Shown here: piece by piece, positions 60,998 through 64,000 of the stretch
How the letters are laid out: every line of letters starts with the position of its first letter
How positions within the stretch are numbered: the stretch's first letter is position 1
NCBI GenBank assembly: GCA_963977015.1
Contig: CAXBMO010000023.1
Span: 34,205-98,204 of the forward strand
From: an uncultured bacterium
GTDB lineage: Bacteria; Verrucomicrobiota; Verrucomicrobiia; Verrucomicrobiales; DEV007
Length of the DNA stretch: 64,000 nt
Direction of reading: 5' to 3'
The notes under the pieces: generated by a model
Databases searched by the model: none
What the model was told of the DNA's origin: nothing
The model's input: only the letters and a program-made list of their open reading frames with translations
Made by a program: the position numbers and the translations under genes

Positions 60998-63523
60998 GTG
61001 CCTGCCGAACCTCCAAAGCCGCCGCCGTCCGACCTGCTCCGCGAACGCCTCCCGCGTTTCTTCGATGCGTGGCGCGAGCAAACGCGTCTTGCCGACCCGC
61101 GGCCGCTGACCGAGGCTCACGAAGTCGCCCTCGCGCTGGTGGCGAGAGGGGATCTGGAATCAGATGACGGAACGCCGGAATCCATCTTGGCCGATCACCT
61201 CCACCCGGTCCTGGTCAAAACGCCGGAAGATGACGCGCTGTTTCGGGATCTTTGGAAACGTTACGTGGGGGAAACCGAAACCCGACCCAAAGAAATCCTC
61301 ACGGATACCTCTATGGAGCAATCCGGCAACGTTTCCGGGGCGAGGCGTCTCGGCTCGTTTCGCTCGCGCTGGCTCGTTGTCTTTCCGATCGTGGCGCTGT
61401 TGGTTGGTGGCGGCTTTTGGCTTTGGCCGATCTTCTTCGCCAAACCACCGGTGGAGCCGGTTGTGGAGACGTCTCCACCGCCCGCGCCCGACCCAGGCAA
61501 AGCCCCCGAACTCCCTCCCGCGCCAAAGCCAGTCGAACCAGTTGGGGACCCCAACGATCCCTTCATCCTCCCGGACAACTTCGTCGACTGGTCGGTCAAA
61601 CCCGAAGTCGTCCCTTTCCTCCGCGAGGTCCCCTGGTGGGAAACCCTCCTTACTTCACCGTGGACGTTTTACCCGCTCGTCGCGGCTCTGATCGCTTTAG
61701 TCGTCTTCATCCTCGTCGTCTGGCAACGGGCCTGGTTCAGCGATCAGGTCAACTACCTCACCCGTAACCTTGGCAAATCCGGGCAACGTGGCAAAAGCGA
61801 GCAGTTCTTTCTCGGTCTCAAACGCGAAGGCTGGGACGCTTCCGGATTGCTCACGGGCGTGGTCTCCCGTCTTCGCCGTCACCAGGAAGAGGAAACTGGG
61901 CGGATCGACTCGCGTCGCACGATTCGCGTCAGCATCCGCAAAGGCGGCTACTTCACCCCAGTCCACGCCAAACGCCCCGAAACTCCGCAATACCTCTTCC
62001 TCGTCGAAGAACGTCACCGGCACGATCACCTGGGCCGAATGCTCACCCAGTGGATCGCCGCGCTGCGCAATCATGGTGTCAGTGTCGATGAGTTTCGTTT
62101 CCAGGACAGCCCGGAACAGGCCTACCAAGCTCCCGAACAAGAGGATATTACCCTCGCGCCCGATTTCGTTCCTCAACTCGTGCCGCTGCGCGATCTCAGT
62201 GTGCGTTATGCCCGTCACCGTCTCGTCCTCTTTGGTCAGGACCTGGAACCATCCGATCCTTACACCGGCGAAGCCGAGCCGTGGGCCGAGTTGCTCGACC
62301 AATGGGAAACCCACCGCGCCATCCTCACCCCGCCTGGCAGCCATGGCGATCTCGGTCTGGGCCAATTGCGCGAACGCGGCTGGACCATCTTCGATTTCTC
62401 CGAAACCGGCGTTCGAGCCCTCGGCCTCTGGGTCGCGGGCGAGGGAATTCCCGGTTCCGCCCAGAACGGTTCCAAACCGCCGGGCACCTTCGCCGACGAC
62501 GTTGACCTCTGGCTCGGAAGCGTCCCGCCCTCGCCGGGCCGGCTCGATTCCGCCGTCGCCGAATTGGAAACGTGGCTCGAGCCTGAAGGCATGCGCTGGC
62601 TCCGCTCCTGCGCCGTCTTCCCGCTCGTGGACTGGCACCTCACCGCCTACTTGGGCGATGGATTGCGCAAGCTCCGTAGCCCGGGGCACCCGGCCTGTGC
62701 CACGAAGTCTCCCGCCACTCCATCCGCGCCTCTCACTCAGGGCACGGGCCGGGAGACCCATGCTACCCCTGAGGACACCCTCTGGAAAATGTCCCAACTC
62801 CCCTGGCTCCGCGAGGCCCGTATGCCCGAGTGGTTCCGCCAGCGTCTCCTCGCCGACCTTCATCCCGACGACCGCGACGCCACCGGCGCCCTAATTTATC
62901 TGGCTCTCCGTCAGGACAAACTCGGCGGCGAAGAACACGCCGTCGAAGTTATCGCCCAAAAACCCAAACTCATTCGTCGATTAAGCCAACGCCTCTGGCG
63001 GCGTCTCATCAAGAAATACCCCGAACTGCGCGATGAACTCGCCCTTACCTCGGTAGGTGGTGCCAGCAAATTCCGCCTTCCTCCCTGGATTTCGGCCAGC
63101 CTTAATTGGGCTTGGCCGATTGGACTAGCAATCCTGACTGCTGGCGGAATCTGGATGGGGTGGCAGGGATTTGGGAACGGGGATTTGGACGGTCGGGAGC
63201 CGGTCAAAGCTAGGCCGATGGGGGAGATCGTCTCCTCGCGCACCGCTGAAAAAGACGAATTTGTTTTTGTGCCTCCGGGCCGTGTCGATGGGGAAGAGAT
63301 TGAATTCCCCTTCTGGATCGCCCGAAAGGCCGTTGATTTGGAGGGCGCTGCACCGCAAGCCTATGTCAAAGAACGCTTGGAGCGGGAATGGGGCAACGGA
63401 AGCTTGTCACCGGGGTGGATCTACGCAGAACCAAGTGCCAGTGAGAAAGCGCATGCCACCCGCCGAGATAGCGTAAAAGTACAGTCTGTCACAAAACCTG
63501 AACCCGATTTGCTTCATGAGTAA
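60998..63523 (+). CDS. Membrane-anchored vWA-like partner of MoxR with a short, possibly degenerate C-terminal effector
   Basis: Helical N-terminus (LHPVLVKTPEDDALF), two TM helices around a Pro-rich linker, IDSRRTIR...GGYFTP...PQYLFLVEE...DH, WLRSCAVFP..W.LT.YLG, LPWLREARMPEWFR, a third TM helix, then FVFVPPG...FWIARKAV. Confidence 0.72.
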   Translation: MPAEPPKPPPSDLLRERLPRFFDAWREQTRLADPRPLTEAHEVALALVARGDLESDDGTPESILADHLHPVLVKTPEDDALFRDLWKRYVGETETRPKEILTDTSMEQSGNVSGARRLGSFRSRWLVVFPIVALLVGGGFWLWPIFFAKPPVEPVVETSPPPAPDPGKAPELPPAPKPVEPVGDPNDPFILPDNFVDWSVKPEVVPFLREVPWWETLLTSPWTFYPLVAALIALVVFILVVWQRAWFSDQVNYLTRNLGKSGQRGKSEQFFLGLKREGWDASGLLTGVVSRLRRHQEEETGRIDSRRTIRVSIRKGGYFTPVHAKRPETPQYLFLVEERHRHDHLGRMLTQWIAALRNHGVSVDEFRFQDSPEQAYQAPEQEDITLAPDFVPQLVPLRDLSVRYARHRLVLFGQDLEPSDPYTGEAEPWAELLDQWETHRAILTPPGSHGDLGLGQLRERGWTIFDFSETGVRALGLWVAGEGIPGSAQNGSKPPGTFADDVDLWLGSVPPSPGRLDSAVAELETWLEPEGMRWLRSCAVFPLVDWHLTAYLGDGLRKLRSPGHPACATKSPATPSAPLTQGTGRETHATPEDTLWKMSQLPWLREARMPEWFRQRLLADLHPDDRDATGALIYLALRQDKLGGEEHAVEVIAQKPKLIRRLSQRLWRRLIKKYPELRDELALTSVGGASKFRLPPWISASLNWAWPIGLAILTAGGIWMGWQGFGNGDLDGREPVKARPMGEIVSSRTAEKDEFVFVPPGRVDGEEIEFPFWIARKAVDLEGAAPQAYVKERLEREWGNGSLSPGWIYAEPSASEKAHATRRDSVKVQSVTKPEPDLLHE

Positions 63524-63945
63524 AATTATCGGTTTCGCGTTAGCCTCATCGATAGTCGCAGTCATTTGTTTACTTGGGATTGCAATTGTCGGCTCAATGG
63601 TCGGGTTTTATGGGGACGCTTATTCCTTTAGTCCGTTTCTTCGTGTGATCGGTGATGAAACAGTCCTAAACGAGTGGGTTCAACGCAAGAGCAACCACAG
63701 TAACCTTGAGCTACCCGTTGTGGCGTTATTACTGTTGGTGGACACAGTATTGGTAGTCGCCTCTTCGATTGTTATTGCGGGGTTATTCGATCTCACAGCT
63801 GTCTATACTTTTAGAGCTGTAAGTGTTGTGAGGGTTGGATGGTTTAGTGCGTTGGCTACAGCGTGCTGTGGAGTCGCTCAAAACGGACTAACTGTGTGGA
63901 TGGTATTCCGAGGCGTGACACTCGATTTAAGTGCGACTCAAACTT
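63516..63945 (+). CDS. Hypothetical membrane protein, apparently interrupted (frame stays open to the window end)
   Basis: ATG at 63516 overlaps the upstream gene end. MSKIIGFALASSIVAVICLLGIAIVG... with several hydrophobic stretches. Visibly lower GC than the upstream genes. Confidence 0.55.
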
Positions 63946-64000
63946 TGAACTTCCCCCGAAACGGTAGACATGCGGGGCTTGGCCTGAGACCATCAAAAAT
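63946..64000 (+). mobile_element. Probable IS3-family terminal inverted repeat / start of an IS
   Basis: TGAACTTCCCCCGAAACGGTAGACA resembles the 5'-TG...CCCC...GACA layout of IS3-family ends. The hydrophobic coding character of the upstream ORF stops near here. Confidence 0.5.

Noticed and set aside
1-64000. CRISPR array, tRNA or rRNA genes, prophage genes
   Set aside because: I saw no regularly spaced repeats and no phage genes. The only tRNA-like T-arm I found belongs to tmRNA.

Overview
Bacterial chromosome segment, most likely Verrucomicrobiota, inferred from the Verru_Chthon pilin-like cassette, the DUF1501 / DUF1549-DUF1553 / ECF-sigma module and a LEPR-XLL-type giant protein. All domain calls come from reading motifs by eye; no searches were run. 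Left to right: (1) a PAS-AraC regulator, a ~650 bp structured leader, a 2334-aa mosaic surface protein and a Verru_Chthon D-B-C-A cassette; (2) a ROK kinase and an ECF sigma / FecR-LamG / 2x(cytochrome-DUF1549-DUF1553 + DUF1501) operon, bracketed by two direct copies of a small MITE-like element; (3) a GntR-controlled sugar or cyclitol catabolic cluster with a clear palindromic operator; (4) housekeeping genes: an NtrC-like activator with Glu at the phospho-acceptor site, a lactonase, sbcDC (sbcD has no canonical start codon), carB, prc, ssb, a deacetylase, pyk and argG; (5) tmRNA (tag ADQNLALAA) followed by a mosaic defence/conflict island. The island holds an IS3 remnant, a chimeric deoxyribosyltransferase-like-fragment / helical / TIR gene, and a divergent TIR-iSTAND + MoxR + membrane vWA-like ternary system, and it ends at a probable IS3 terminus. 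This island is the best candidate for an unusual system.
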